Source of the DNA: Oscillospiraceae bacterium | GTDB taxonomy: Bacteria; Bacillota; Clostridia; Oscillospirales; JAKOTC01 | Reading direction: 5' to 3' | Assembly (NCBI GenBank): GCA_035380125.1 | Contig: DAOSWV010000009.1 | Span: 7,304-71,303 of the forward strand | Length of the DNA: 64,000 bases | Part shown: positions 1 through 8,905 of the stretch, one piece after another | Layout of the letters: every line of letters starts with the position of its first letter | Numbering within the stretch: the stretch's first letter is position 1 | The notes under the pieces: model-generated | What the model was told of the DNA's origin: nothing | Database searches by the model: none | What the model saw: only the letters and a program-made list of their open reading frames with translations | Position numbers and translations under genes: made by a program

Positions 1-539
1 TCATTTCGGCCAAACAGACCGATGTGTTGGCCTTTTGGAATCTGGCCAAAACCCTCGGCGTGACCAAGCTCAAAGCCGTCGTCACCGGTGGAGAGACCCG
101 TCAGCAGTCGGTCACCGCCGCGCTCGACCAGACCGATGCCGAAATCGAACTGATTGCGGTTCACGACGGCGCAAGACCGCTTGTAACAACCGAACTGATC
201 GACTCCGTCTGTGCCGACGCCGAAAAATACGGCGCCGCCGTTCCCGCGCTCGCCGTCACCGATTCATTAAAGGAAGCCTCCGACGGCTTCGTCGTGCGCA
301 CTGCCGACCGCGACCGCTTTTTCAGCGTCCAAACCCCGCAGGTCTTCGACGCGGGGCTTTATCGCGGGGCCATGTCGGTCGCCGCTTCCGCCGGAAAGGA
401 TTTCCGGGACGACTGTCAATTATTCGAATTCATGGGTCATTCGGTCTATTTAAGTGCCGGAGACCCCCGGAACATCAAACTCACCGGCCCGATTGACATC
501 GCGGTCGCCAAAATACTTGCGGAAGGGGAATTTTCATGA
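1..539 (+). CDS. ispD: 2-C-methyl-D-erythritol 4-phosphate cytidylyltransferase (IspD), 5' end cut by the window edge
   Basis: The reading frame is open from position 3. It carries IspD-like motifs VHDGARPLV and VQTPQVF. Its stop overlaps the ispF start (ATGA at 536-539). Confidence 0.85.
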   Translation, partial: ISAKQTDVLAFWNLAKTLGVTKLKAVVTGGETRQQSVTAALDQTDAEIELIAVHDGARPLVTTELIDSVCADAEKYGAAVPALAVTDSLKEASDGFVVRTADRDRFFSVQTPQVFDAGLYRGAMSVAASAGKDFRDDCQLFEFMGHSVYLSAGDPRNIKLTGPIDIAVAKILAEGEFS

Positions 540-1012
540 GAATCGGCCACGGTTATGATCTCCACCGTCTCGAAGAAGAGCGAAAGCTTGTCCTCTGCGG
601 TGTGACGATCCCGTTTGAAAAGGGCTTGCTCGGCCATTCCGACGCCGATGTGGCCGTCCATGCATTGATTGATGCCCTGCTGGGCGCAGCGGCACTCGGC
701 GATATCGGCAAACATTTTCCCGATACCGACGAACAATACCGCGACGCAAACAGCATAGAGCTGCTCAAACACGTCGTGGGTCTGCTTGCGGAAAAAGGCT
801 ATTGGCTGGGCAACGCCGATGTCACCATCATTGCACAGGCGCCCAAACTGGCTCCGCATATTTTAAGAATGCGCAAAAATCTGGCCGAGGCCTGCGGTGT
901 GGAACTCGATCGCATCAGCGTCAAGGCCACAACCGAAGAAGGTCTCGGCGTCACGGGCGACCGCCGTGCCATCTGCGCCCATGCAGTTGTTTTATTGGAA
1001 GAAACAGAATAA
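536..1012 (+). CDS. ispF: 2-C-methyl-D-erythritol 2,4-cyclodiphosphate synthase (IspF)
   Basis: 158 aa with [19 protein letters not shown] and [10 protein letters not shown], the hallmark IspF metal and substrate motifs. It is translationally coupled to ispD. Confidence 0.95.
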   Translation: MRIGHGYDLHRLEEERKLVLCGVTIPFEKGLLGHSDADVAVHALIDALLGAAALGDIGKHFPDTDEQYRDANSIELLKHVVGLLAEKGYWLGNADVTIIAQAPKLAPHILRMRKNLAEACGVELDRISVKATTEEGLGVTGDRRAICAHAVVLLEETE

Positions 1013-1015
1013 GCA

Positions 1016-1147
1016 AAGTTAACAGTTCGCAGTTAGCAGTGAAAAGTGACATTCCCCACAGCCGCATGGCGACGGAATGTCACTTTCTGTTTTACGACGA
1101 TCCCCCGGATATGTCACTGTACACTGTCAACTGTTCATTATCAACTA
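1016..1147. repeat. Inverted pair of heptanucleotide-periodic arrays flanking a 13-bp-stem hairpin
   Basis: 1016-1050 reads AAGTTAA CAGTTCG CAGTTAG CAGTGAA AAGTGAC. 1113-1147 is the same type of array in reverse complement (GTCACTG TACACTG TCAACTG TTCATTA TCAACTA). The two arrays bracket the hairpin at 1043-1086. Confidence 0.6.
1043..1093 (+). terminator. Putative intrinsic terminator after ispF (convergent gene junction)
   Basis: Perfect 13-bp stem AAAGTGACATTCC / GGAATGTCACTTT (1043-1055 / 1074-1086) followed by CTGTTTT. Confidence 0.55.
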
Positions 1148-1165
1148 AAATATTATTTGGGATTA

Positions 1166-1828
1166 TTATCTATATTCCACCCACTTCGAACCCGGTGTGT
1201 CGCAGATCGGACACCGATCGGGCGGCGCACCCTCATATACATTGCCGCAAACCGGGCAGACAAAATAGACCACTGCATCCGTGGCACTACCCGTCTTTTC
1301 CAACTTGGTCAGCATCTCCCGGTAAAGCTGCTCGTGAACCGCCTCTGCTTTTCCGATCTCACCGAATGCATCGGCCGCCGTCGGATAATCTTCCGTTTCG
1401 GCGGTCCGGGCAAACTGCGGATACATCAACGCGGTCTCGTAGTTTTCATTCTTGATGCAGTCCTCGAGATTTTCCTCGGTATCCCCGATGATCACACTGC
1501 CGGACGGCGGCATCTCCAGCGGAGCCACGTCATTTGCCAGCTTATACTCCCGCTCAATATGTACCCGTTCTCCGGCCGCAATTGCCCGAAACAACAATGC
1601 AGCTTGGGTATTGCCCTCACTCTCGGCTTTTTCGGCGTACAGCAGATACTTTTTATTAGCGGTGTTCTCTCCGATCAGCGCCGTGACCAAATTGTCATAG
1701 GTCTTTGGCACCCGCGACAATTTCGGCGGCCTGTCTGCGGCGATCACCGCCCAGATAATTACCCCGCATACCGCCAATATGCCCACGATAAGCAGTATTC
1801 TCCAACTCTTTTGTGTGATTTTCGGCAT
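1166..1828 (-). CDS. Rubrerythrin-family protein with an N-terminal transmembrane anchor
   Basis: Ferritin-like diiron ExxH motifs (AAGERVH, KAEAVHE) plus a C-terminal rubredoxin-like CPVCG...CPICD. Start is set at MPKITQK (ATG 1828) behind the RBS AAAGGGGTGG. Hydrophobic helix WRILLIVGILAVCGVIIWAVIAA. Confidence 0.85.
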   Translation of the reverse strand: MPKITQKSWRILLIVGILAVCGVIIWAVIAADRPPKLSRVPKTYDNLVTALIGENTANKKYLLYAEKAESEGNTQAALLFRAIAAGERVHIEREYKLANDVAPLEMPPSGSVIIGDTEENLEDCIKNENYETALMYPQFARTAETEDYPTAADAFGEIGKAEAVHEQLYREMLTKLEKTGSATDAVVYFVCPVCGNVYEGAPPDRCPICDTPGSKWVEYR

Positions 1829-1902
1829 ACGCCCACCCCTTTGTATGTTCGGTTCATACAAAGCATACGGGGCGTTTTGCGCAAATATGCCTGAACAACC
1901 AA

Positions 1903-1928
1903 AAAGGAGCGGCTTTCACCGCTCCTTT
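1903..1928 (-). terminator. Putative intrinsic terminator after the surface-protein gene
   Basis: Stem AAAGGAGCGG / CCGCTCCTTT with loop CTTTCA. On the minus strand it is followed by TTTTTGG. Confidence 0.6.
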
Positions 1929-1950
1929 CCATTGTTCGGATTATTTTATC

Positions 1951-3768
1951 TTAGCTCATCAGCACATCGGAATCGTCGTCTTCATCCAAGTGCGGTTTTT
2001 TCGGGGTCTTTTTACGCGACAGCAGGATGATCACAATGCCGAACGCGGCCAAAACCGCCACGCCGATGCCGACCCAAACCAGCGGATTAAGACCGGTGTT
2101 TTCGGTACTGCCGGGCACTGCTGCCGAGTCATACAGCGCCGAGGTAATCACAAACTTGGACAGCGAGTCAAACGATACCGTGGTTCCGGTCAGGTTTGTA
2201 CCCGTTGTAGCAAGCTGAATGGTGAACACGGCAACCGTATCGGCCGAGAGCATAAACGCACCTTTGGTCGGGGCTGTCGCACCCAGTACTTTGGTAATGG
2301 TATAGCCGTCCAGCTCGTAATAGTTCGTCGCCATGATCGGATCGCCGGAGGTCTGTGCGGCATATTTACCGTCGGCATCCTTTTCAAACAACAGCGAAGA
2401 GCCGTTGTTCTGCGCTGCATACTGAGCGTACGGCATAATATGATAGGTGACCACAGCCGTGTCCTCGGTCAGCGTAATCGGTGTGAACGGGAAGAAGATA
2501 GAGCCGGAGAAACCGCTGAGTTCATCTGCATTGGTCAATGTGATGTCATAACCGGCCACGGCGTTACCGAGCAGTGCTTTAACATAGGCGTCGGTTTCGG
2601 TATCGGCGGAAAGGCGGTTGACGGTCAGGGTGGTATTATTCAGGAACGTACCGCTGACCATGATTCCGGTAGCCGGATCGGTGAGCGTCATGCTCTCATA
2701 AGCGGGTGTCGAAGCCACCGAAGAAGCTGCGGAACTGGTTTTTGAACTCACAGCGGAACTGGTTTTGGAGCTGGTCTTGGAACTGGTTGCGGAACTCTCC
2801 TGAGAACTCTCCTGAGAGCTGGGAACCGAACTCTCGACCGAACTGACAACCGAAGACTCCACCGAGCTGGTGATTTCTTCCCACTGCGCCGAAAGGAAGG
2901 TGTCTTCCGTGATTTTCAATGTCGGATACTGTTCGGTGAAACTGGTCGATTTATAGTTCCAGCAGACAAATTTCAATCCCGCAGGTGTAAACGGACAGGG
3001 GATCGAATAGATATTGAGTTCGGTGTTCGCGGCATAAGTGCCGTATTCGACCGGCTTAATCGGATTTTCGTCGGTGCTGGCGACGCCCGGGGTCAAATAC
3101 AGAATATATTCTTTGTTGGCGTTTTCGGTCCAGAATGCCTCGGCATTCAAATAGATATAGCCGTTGCTGTCCATGCTCGAAAGTGAGACGTCACTCAGCG
3201 TATAGGTCTCACCCGGCAGATAGACATGGCCGTTAAACAACCAACCCGCAAACGTATAGTTACGGCGTGCGAGGTCCGTCGTCGGGAATGTGAAGGTGCC
3301 GTTCGGCGTTGTGGTAATCGGGGTGGGAAGTGTGCCCGTGACCGTTGTGCTCAGATTGCTCGAGCCGGCAGTAAAACCGATCACCACTTTCGGTGTCTTA
3401 AAGACCGCATAAGCGATGTATCCGGACTTATAAACCGTCGGATTGAAACTGGCGCCCGCCGCATAAAACGTGCCGTCGATCGTCCAACCCGTGAACGTGT
3501 ATGTAGACGCAGCAGAAGCGCCTAACGTGTTTACAAGAATGGGATTGACCTGTTCAGCACCGTAAAGCGTGGTTGCAGTGCCGAAAACACCGGTGTCGGA
3601 CATGGTCTGAAGAACCGGCGGAATGGAGTCGGCGATTTGGACTGAATACGTCATGCTGTATGTAGTTCCTACATAGGTCGACGATGTGGCGGACACGGCC
3701 GTGCCGAACAGCGACACCGCCATCACCAGTGCCAACAGCAGTCCGGTAAACTTGGATATGGTTTTCAT
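1951..3768 (-). CDS. Cell-surface protein: signal peptide, Listeria/Bacteroides-type (Flg_new-like) repeats, Ser-rich linker, C-terminal TM anchor
   Basis: N-terminal signal MKTISKFTGLLLALVMAVSLFGTAVSA. Repeats of the form YTF(T/A)GW...G..Y. A low-complexity stretch SSVESSV...SSKTSSKTSS. C-terminal helix LVWVGIGVAVLAAFGIVIILL plus a charged tail. RBS AGGGGGA. Confidence 0.8.
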   Translation of the reverse strand: MKTISKFTGLLLALVMAVSLFGTAVSATSSTYVGTTYSMTYSVQIADSIPPVLQTMSDTGVFGTATTLYGAEQVNPILVNTLGASAASTYTFTGWTIDGTFYAAGASFNPTVYKSGYIAYAVFKTPKVVIGFTAGSSNLSTTVTGTLPTPITTTPNGTFTFPTTDLARRNYTFAGWLFNGHVYLPGETYTLSDVSLSSMDSNGYIYLNAEAFWTENANKEYILYLTPGVASTDENPIKPVEYGTYAANTELNIYSIPCPFTPAGLKFVCWNYKSTSFTEQYPTLKITEDTFLSAQWEEITSSVESSVVSSVESSVPSSQESSQESSATSSKTSSKTSSAVSSKTSSAASSVASTPAYESMTLTDPATGIMVSGTFLNNTTLTVNRLSADTETDAYVKALLGNAVAGYDITLTNADELSGFSGSIFFPFTPITLTEDTAVVTYHIMPYAQYAAQNNGSSLLFEKDADGKYAAQTSGDPIMATNYYELDGYTITKVLGATAPTKGAFMLSADTVAVFTIQLATTGTNLTGTTVSFDSLSKFVITSALYDSAAVPGSTENTGLNPLVWVGIGVAVLAAFGIVIILLSRKKTPKKPHLDEDDDSDVLMS

Positions 3769-3787
3769 TGTGTTTCCCCCTGTCTTT

Positions 3788-4123
3788 TTAGCGGTTTTTG
3801 GTGTCTAATTCCGCACGCAGCCGGTCATTTTCACGTTTTGCATCCTCAGCGGCACTGCGGTACTTGTTGACATCTTCCAAATAAGTCTTGAGCAGACCAC
3901 GCAGGTTGTCTGCGGCGTCATTCGCTTTTTTTACGCTGTCCATCGCATCGAGCGAAATCAATGCCATCGCCTGCGCCAAGGTCATGTTGGGATTGGAGTT
4001 CATCATGGCGGTCAGGCGGGAATCAAGCTCAGCCGCAAGCGTTTGGGCATATTGAGCCGTATCGTTTGTTGTCAAATTTAAAATCAGCGGTCCGATTTTC
4101 AGCGCAACCTTATTGTTCTCCAA
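3788..4123 (-). CDS. zapA: ZapA-like cell division protein
   Basis: 111 aa with a ZapA-like N-terminal fold pattern (V.L.I....L.L......Y...LA..LD..L) and a C-terminal coiled coil. TTG start behind the RBS GGAAGGTGG. Confidence 0.65.
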   Translation of the reverse strand: MENNKVALKIGPLILNLTTNDTAQYAQTLAAELDSRLTAMMNSNPNMTLAQAMALISLDAMDSVKKANDAADNLRGLLKTYLEDVNKYRSAAEDAKRENDRLRAELDTKNR

Positions 4124-4216
4124 AATAACACCACCTTCCTCAAAAACATATTATATCACAGCTTTTTCCCAAATACAACTCTTAAATTTTCCGTACACAG
4201 AGCGCTTTTAAGAGGC

Positions 4217-7200
4217 TTAACGTTTCGCGCGGACCTTCAGCGTGATGATCTGAAAATTACTGATTCCGAGCCTGACTTTTCCGTCTCTCACGGTCAGTTC
4301 TCTGATCTCGTTTTCAAGCAGATCGCACAGCGACACACGCTCAACCCCGAATCCGAATTTCACCGTCGTGTTGCAGCGTTTGCCGAAACTCTCATAAAGA
4401 CGCACAATCACGCCGTCCCCGTCCTCGGCCTTCTTGACTGTCTCTATAACGACGTTTTTACCGTCGCAGGAGGCCAATGAATAATCTTCCGCCAACTTGC
4501 CTTTCTGCTTTCCGAGTTTGACGGCTTCAAACGGGCAGTTGAGCAGATAGGCCTGTTTAATTGTGCCGGTATTGCGGAGATTGCTGACGTGCGGCAGCAG
4601 TGAATAGGTGAACTCATGATGTCCCTTATCGGCTTGCGGGTTCGGACTGGTGGCGCATTTCAACAGCGTCAGCTTGAGTGTGCTGCCCTCAGCGTTATAA
4701 CCATATTTGCAGTCGTTGAGCAGCGAGACGCCGTAACCCACCTCGGAGATGTCCGCCCACTTGTGCGCGCAAACCTCAAATCTGGCCTTATCCCAACTTG
4801 TGTTCTCATGGGTCGGACGCTGCAGATGGCCGAATTGGATCTCATAGGTCGCCTTGTCGGCCAGCACATCAATCGGAAAAGCCGCCTTAACCAACAGGTG
4901 TTCCTCGTTCCAATCCATCACAGTCTCAAAGTCGATGCGCGGGTTGTCGGAATACAGCCAGATGTTCTGCTCAATTGTCGAAGTCAAAATACGCTTTTTA
5001 ATTCTAAATCCGGCGCGGCAGCCATCGGTGATCTGCTTGATCTCAAGCACCTCGTCGGGCTTATACATCTTCTGCTTGTAATAATCACTGATCTCCCATG
5101 CGTCGTACTGGCGCGGCAGATCCTCAAAGATCTGAATTTCGTTGCCCACTTCGCTGCGCTTAAAGACCTCGCGTTTGTTTTTCTTATCATACAGCCGGGA
5201 GATATTTCCGTTGATGTCAATGATCATCTTATAATATTTATTATCGGCAGTCCGCCCGTCGAGTTTGACCTTGCAGTCAAAATCGGGCTCGGTCACCTTC
5301 CATCCGTGCGCGGGAATGCCCTTGACGCTGCCGGTCTTTCCGTCGACTTGAACTTCTCCGTCCGTCGTAAAGCCGGTCGGATTAAAGACCGCAACGCCGC
5401 CCTCGGTGCCGATGTTGGCCGCAATGTGCGCTTTGGCGTCTTCGGCTGCCTTTTCGCCGATTTTTTTAACCTCGGCATACTGTTTGTCGCTGTCCTCATA
5501 GACCTCAAAAATCGAAGAGCCGGGAATGATGTCATGGAACTGGTTCAGCAGAATCGTACGCCAGCCGTCCGCAAGTTTTTTCTGCGGATATTTGCCGCCC
5601 AAAAGCAATTCGTCTGTCACGGCAAGCGTCTCGGCTTTTTGATATAAAAACTCACTTTTTCGGTTGTTTTTCTTGTTTTTGGCGATGGAGGTATAGGTGC
5701 CGCGGTGGAATTCGAGGTAGAGCTCGCCCACCCACAGCGGAAATCGTTTGAGCTCTTTTGCCGTCTTGTCAAAATTCTTTCGGGCAGTCGCAATTGCCTC
5801 ACCGGCAAAACTCATTTCGGTCTTCGGGATGCCGGGCAGTCCGTAGGAGAGCCGCCGCTGTGTCTCGAGCATCTCCTTGGTTGGGCCGCCCCCGCCGTCA
5901 CCATAACCGAACGTGGTCATTGTGCGGTTGTTGAAAGCCTTCTGCTGATACCGCTCCCAGGTACCGAGAATCTGTCCTGCGGTCAAACGGCCGTTGTAAG
6001 TACAGGCGATCTCGTTTTTGCGCGGCTGCGGACGATCCTGCGTGGTTACGAAGAACGAGAACACCCGACTGCCGTCGATGCCTTCCCAATAAAAGGAATC
6101 ATAAGGCAGCATGTTGCGCTCATTCCAGGCGATCTTTGTCGTCATAAAGTTATCAACGCCGCTCTTTCTCATAATCTGAGGCAGTGCCGCGCTGTAACCG
6201 AAGACGTCGGGTAGCCACAAAATTTTGCTGTCAACCCCGAACTCCTCTTTCATAAACCGCTTGCCGTAGATCATCTGGCGCACCAGCGATTCGCCGCTGA
6301 CCAGATTGGTGTCCATCTCCAGCCAGGTCGCGCCCTCAACTTCCCAGCGTCCCTCTTTAACCAGCTTTTTGATCTCCTTATAAAGTTCCGGTGCCTGTTC
6401 TTTGACGAACTGATACAGCTGCGGTTGCGAGGACATAAACTTATATTCGGGGTATTGTTTCATCAGGTTGACGACGGTGGCAAAACTGCGCTGTGCCTTT
6501 TCGACAGTTTGGCGCAGCGGCCACAGCCAGGCCACGTCGATGTGGGTATGTCCGACGCAGGCGACAATCGCGTCTCCTTTGCCGCAAAGACCCTTGTAAA
6601 AAGTCTTTTCAAGCTGCCCGCGCGCAACCGTAATCGAGGCATAATATGTCGGGCTCTTGGGCTGATTCAAATCCAGCAGATTTACCGCCAGTTCCAATTG
6701 TTTAAGCGTATTGATGTGCCTCTCGCTTTTGGGATCAAAACAATCCAGCGAAGAATACGGCACATACAGATCGTAATACATGGCCTCGGACGTGAGATCG
6801 ATGCCCTTGTATTTGGCGGAAAAGTCGAATTTCGCCTCGTTCATGCTGGAATAAATGTAGAGCAGCAAATCGGCGGAAGTACCACCCTCAAGCAGCACTT
6901 CGGTGTGATTGACATCAACGCCCTGCACCATATGTCCGTCGAGATAGACAATCATCTGTGGATTGAGCGCGTCCCAACCGCTCGAACTCGTCAGAAGTTC
7001 CAGCGCAATCTGTTTTCCCTCGCCGACTTCGGGGACATGGAGTTTGGTACGCATCCACCAGTGTTTTTCGCGGCCGCCCAAACGGTCATTCTCCGGTGAA
7101 AACGGTTTCCATCCGGATTCCGGCGGCGTATTGCCGTCTTTATATTCGCTCTCAACGAATTCGAGATTCTCCACCGTCCCGAGGTCTTCATAGGCATATT

Positions 7201-7249
7201 TTTTCAGCTGTTCGCAGGTAACTCTGATCTTGTCCTTGATAAAATCCAT
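4217..7249 (-). CDS. Alpha-mannosidase, glycoside hydrolase family 38
   Basis: About 1010 aa with the GH38 N-terminal motif GHTHIDVAWLWP and a full-length GH38 layout. Start is set at MDFIKDKI (ATG 7249) behind AAGGGGTGG rather than the upstream in-frame ATG at 7351. Confidence 0.9.
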   Translation of the reverse strand: MDFIKDKIRVTCEQLKKYAYEDLGTVENLEFVESEYKDGNTPPESGWKPFSPENDRLGGREKHWWMRTKLHVPEVGEGKQIALELLTSSSGWDALNPQMIVYLDGHMVQGVDVNHTEVLLEGGTSADLLLYIYSSMNEAKFDFSAKYKGIDLTSEAMYYDLYVPYSSLDCFDPKSERHINTLKQLELAVNLLDLNQPKSPTYYASITVARGQLEKTFYKGLCGKGDAIVACVGHTHIDVAWLWPLRQTVEKAQRSFATVVNLMKQYPEYKFMSSQPQLYQFVKEQAPELYKEIKKLVKEGRWEVEGATWLEMDTNLVSGESLVRQMIYGKRFMKEEFGVDSKILWLPDVFGYSAALPQIMRKSGVDNFMTTKIAWNERNMLPYDSFYWEGIDGSRVFSFFVTTQDRPQPRKNEIACTYNGRLTAGQILGTWERYQQKAFNNRTMTTFGYGDGGGGPTKEMLETQRRLSYGLPGIPKTEMSFAGEAIATARKNFDKTAKELKRFPLWVGELYLEFHRGTYTSIAKNKKNNRKSEFLYQKAETLAVTDELLLGGKYPQKKLADGWRTILLNQFHDIIPGSSIFEVYEDSDKQYAEVKKIGEKAAEDAKAHIAANIGTEGGVAVFNPTGFTTDGEVQVDGKTGSVKGIPAHGWKVTEPDFDCKVKLDGRTADNKYYKMIIDINGNISRLYDKKNKREVFKRSEVGNEIQIFEDLPRQYDAWEISDYYKQKMYKPDEVLEIKQITDGCRAGFRIKKRILTSTIEQNIWLYSDNPRIDFETVMDWNEEHLLVKAAFPIDVLADKATYEIQFGHLQRPTHENTSWDKARFEVCAHKWADISEVGYGVSLLNDCKYGYNAEGSTLKLTLLKCATSPNPQADKGHHEFTYSLLPHVSNLRNTGTIKQAYLLNCPFEAVKLGKQKGKLAEDYSLASCDGKNVVIETVKKAEDGDGVIVRLYESFGKRCNTTVKFGFGVERVSLCDLLENEIRELTVRDGKVRLGISNFQIITLKVRAKR

Positions 7250-7483
7250 CGTTACGCCACCCCTTATAATTTTCACTTTATTATCACCGTCGACAGCAAA
7301 CAATTTACGGCGCGCAGCGACATGTTTCCGTCTTTTACGGCCACTGCTCACTTCTTTTGCACACTTTGTTCCCGAAAGTGACGGTTTTATTATATCAGCG
7401 GGTATTCAAAATCGCAATATAATTCGGATGAAAATTTACATGATATTTCGGCGAGTCACGGTGTTATTATTAAATATTGAATG

Positions 7484-7512
7484 TTGCGTCAAACCCGATG
7501 TTGTGCTATAAT
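7484..7512 (+). promoter_or_regulatory. Putative sigma-A promoter for tRNA-Arg
   Basis: TTGCGT (7484-7489), a 17-nt spacer, then TGcTATAAT (extended -10, TATAAT at 7507-7512). This sits about 12 nt upstream of the tRNA 5' end. Confidence 0.55.
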
Positions 7513-7523
7513 GACGCTTGTCT

Positions 7524-7600
7524 CTGCCCGTAGCTCAGCTGGATAGAGTGTTGGACTCCGACTCCAAAGGCCATGGGTTCGAATCCCATCGGGCAGGCCA
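7524..7600 (+). tRNA. tRNA-Arg (anticodon CCG) with encoded CCA
   Basis: Cloverleaf read by hand. Acceptor CTGCCCG/CGGGCAG. D arm GCTC-AGCTGGATA-GAGT. Anticodon stem TTGGA/TCCAA with loop CTCCGAC (CCG). T arm ATGGG-TTCGAAT-CCCAT. Discriminator G followed by CCA. Confidence 0.95.
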
Positions 7601-7608
7601 AGAAAAAG

Positions 7609-7635
7609 CATTCACTGTCTTGTGGGTGTTTTTTT
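7609..7635 (+). terminator. Putative intrinsic terminator after tRNA-Arg
   Basis: Stem CATTCAC / GTGGGTG (two G-U pairs on the plus-strand RNA), loop TGTCTT, then TTTTTTT. Confidence 0.5.
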
Positions 7636-7875
7636 ATTTAGGTGCTTTTTCTTCGAAGGGGGGATTCGGGACTATCCCCCCTTCGCGCTTCGCTAGCCCC
7701 CCTAACCAAGGTACGCCTGCAGGCGGAATTAGATTTTTCTTCTGAGGATAGGTGTAGAACAGTGCAAACCTAAAATATTAACTAGATGCCGCTCACAAAC
7801 GCGTCGGATGACGACGCGTTTCGAATAAAACGCCTCCGGTGTTGGCGTGGGATTGGCCTTTCGACCGTTTCCGCC

Positions 7876-7904
7876 TTGACTATTTGACGAAAATCCTGTA
7901 TAAA
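7876..7904 (+). promoter_or_regulatory. Putative sigma-A promoter upstream of the lipoprotein gene
   Basis: TTGACT (7876-7881), a 17-nt spacer, then TATAAA (7899-7904). Confidence 0.5.
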
Positions 7905-7945
7905 TATATTGTGGCTTTTTATGCAGAGCCGCAAGCGGAAGGGTT

Positions 7946-8869
7946 GTGATTTTTGTGGTCGAAAAGCGGATGTTGACCGTCGCCTTAACGGCGGCGTTTC
8001 TTGTCTGCTGCGCAATTTCCGGCACAGCCGGCTGCGCACCGCCGCCCGATCCCTACAGCGCACCCGCACCCATTGACAACTCCTCTCAAATCGACACAAC
8101 CGTCCGCAACGTCACGCTGACCGAGTCCGAATATAAAAAAGAAGCTCAAATTCTCGCAGTACGTCTGCCCGACCTCATCGGCTCCTCGGCAGAGATTACC
8201 GAACTTAACGAGATGTATGTCGGCCCTTACCGATACGCTCTCGCCCGCTGTCAAACCCTATCGCACGAAGATCAGTGGCTGCTTTTCTGTTTCGACACCG
8301 GGTCGCTCGAGCTGTTGGCGCAAAACGCGACGCTCGTCTCCCACGACGGCATCAACGAATTTTACTTCAACGTAACCGAGACCGAGAACGGCATTTTAAA
8401 ATTACCCCGCTCGGTGCAGTTTCTGCGTGTCTCAGATCATTTGCTTGAATATACTATGGACGACGGCTTCCTTTCAGCCGATATCGCAGGCCGAACCGGC
8501 CCGGTCGACGTCGACGGCAGCCCCGTCAATTACGATCCCCTGCCCTCACTCGACCTACTGACGGTTACCGCCTCCGGAATCGAGATGGGTTTTTCCCGCG
8601 CAAACGGCGACGGCCTGTTTTATCCGTTCACCGATATCGCCTATCACAACGGTGCTTTTACGATTTCACTCTCCGGGTGTCTGCTGTCGGGTTCTGTGTC
8701 CGAGACCTTCACGCCGTCCGATTTTTCGGCCATCGAATCCGTTGAAATTCAACAGATCGGTATCAACATCGAAATCACCGTCAAACTCTCTCTCAAGAAC
8801 CCGCATTATTCCTTCTCAGCCGCCGAACGCACGCAAAAGCATTCGGTAACCACTTTAAACTTTTCTTAA
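7946..8869 (+). CDS. Hypothetical lipoprotein
   Basis: The N-terminus ...EKRMLTVALTAAFLVCCAISGTAGC has a lipobox-like TAGC. The exact start is uncertain (GTG 7946 or 7955, or ATG 7970). I recognise no family for it. Confidence 0.6.
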   Translation: MIFVVEKRMLTVALTAAFLVCCAISGTAGCAPPPDPYSAPAPIDNSSQIDTTVRNVTLTESEYKKEAQILAVRLPDLIGSSAEITELNEMYVGPYRYALARCQTLSHEDQWLLFCFDTGSLELLAQNATLVSHDGINEFYFNVTETENGILKLPRSVQFLRVSDHLLEYTMDDGFLSADIAGRTGPVDVDGSPVNYDPLPSLDLLTVTASGIEMGFSRANGDGLFYPFTDIAYHNGAFTISLSGCLLSGSVSETFTPSDFSAIESVEIQQIGINIEITVKLSLKNPHYSFSAAERTQKHSVTTLNFS

Positions 8870-8905
8870 TCTTTGCGCCTTATTCGGCGCGGAACGGAGT
8901 TTTGC

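Noticed and set aside
802-1894. ORFs 802-1455 and 1046-1894 (+) spanning the ispF/rubrerythrin convergent junction
   Set aside because: They run through the terminator hairpin and heptamer arrays and run antisense to the rubrerythrin gene. Their translations are Arg/His/Pro-rich nonsense.
4217-7351. Long form of the GH38 ORF starting at 7351 (34 extra N-terminal residues)
   Set aside because: The extension is highly basic (SSGRKRRKHVAARRK) and has no RBS. ATG 7249 is preceded by AAGGGGTGG and gives a normal GH38 N-terminus.
7518-7745. 75-aa ORF overlapping tRNA-Arg, and ORFs 7729-8025 and 7782-8099 (-)
   Set aside because: The first is the tRNA itself read as protein. The others cross hairpin repeats and the promoter region, with no coding signal.
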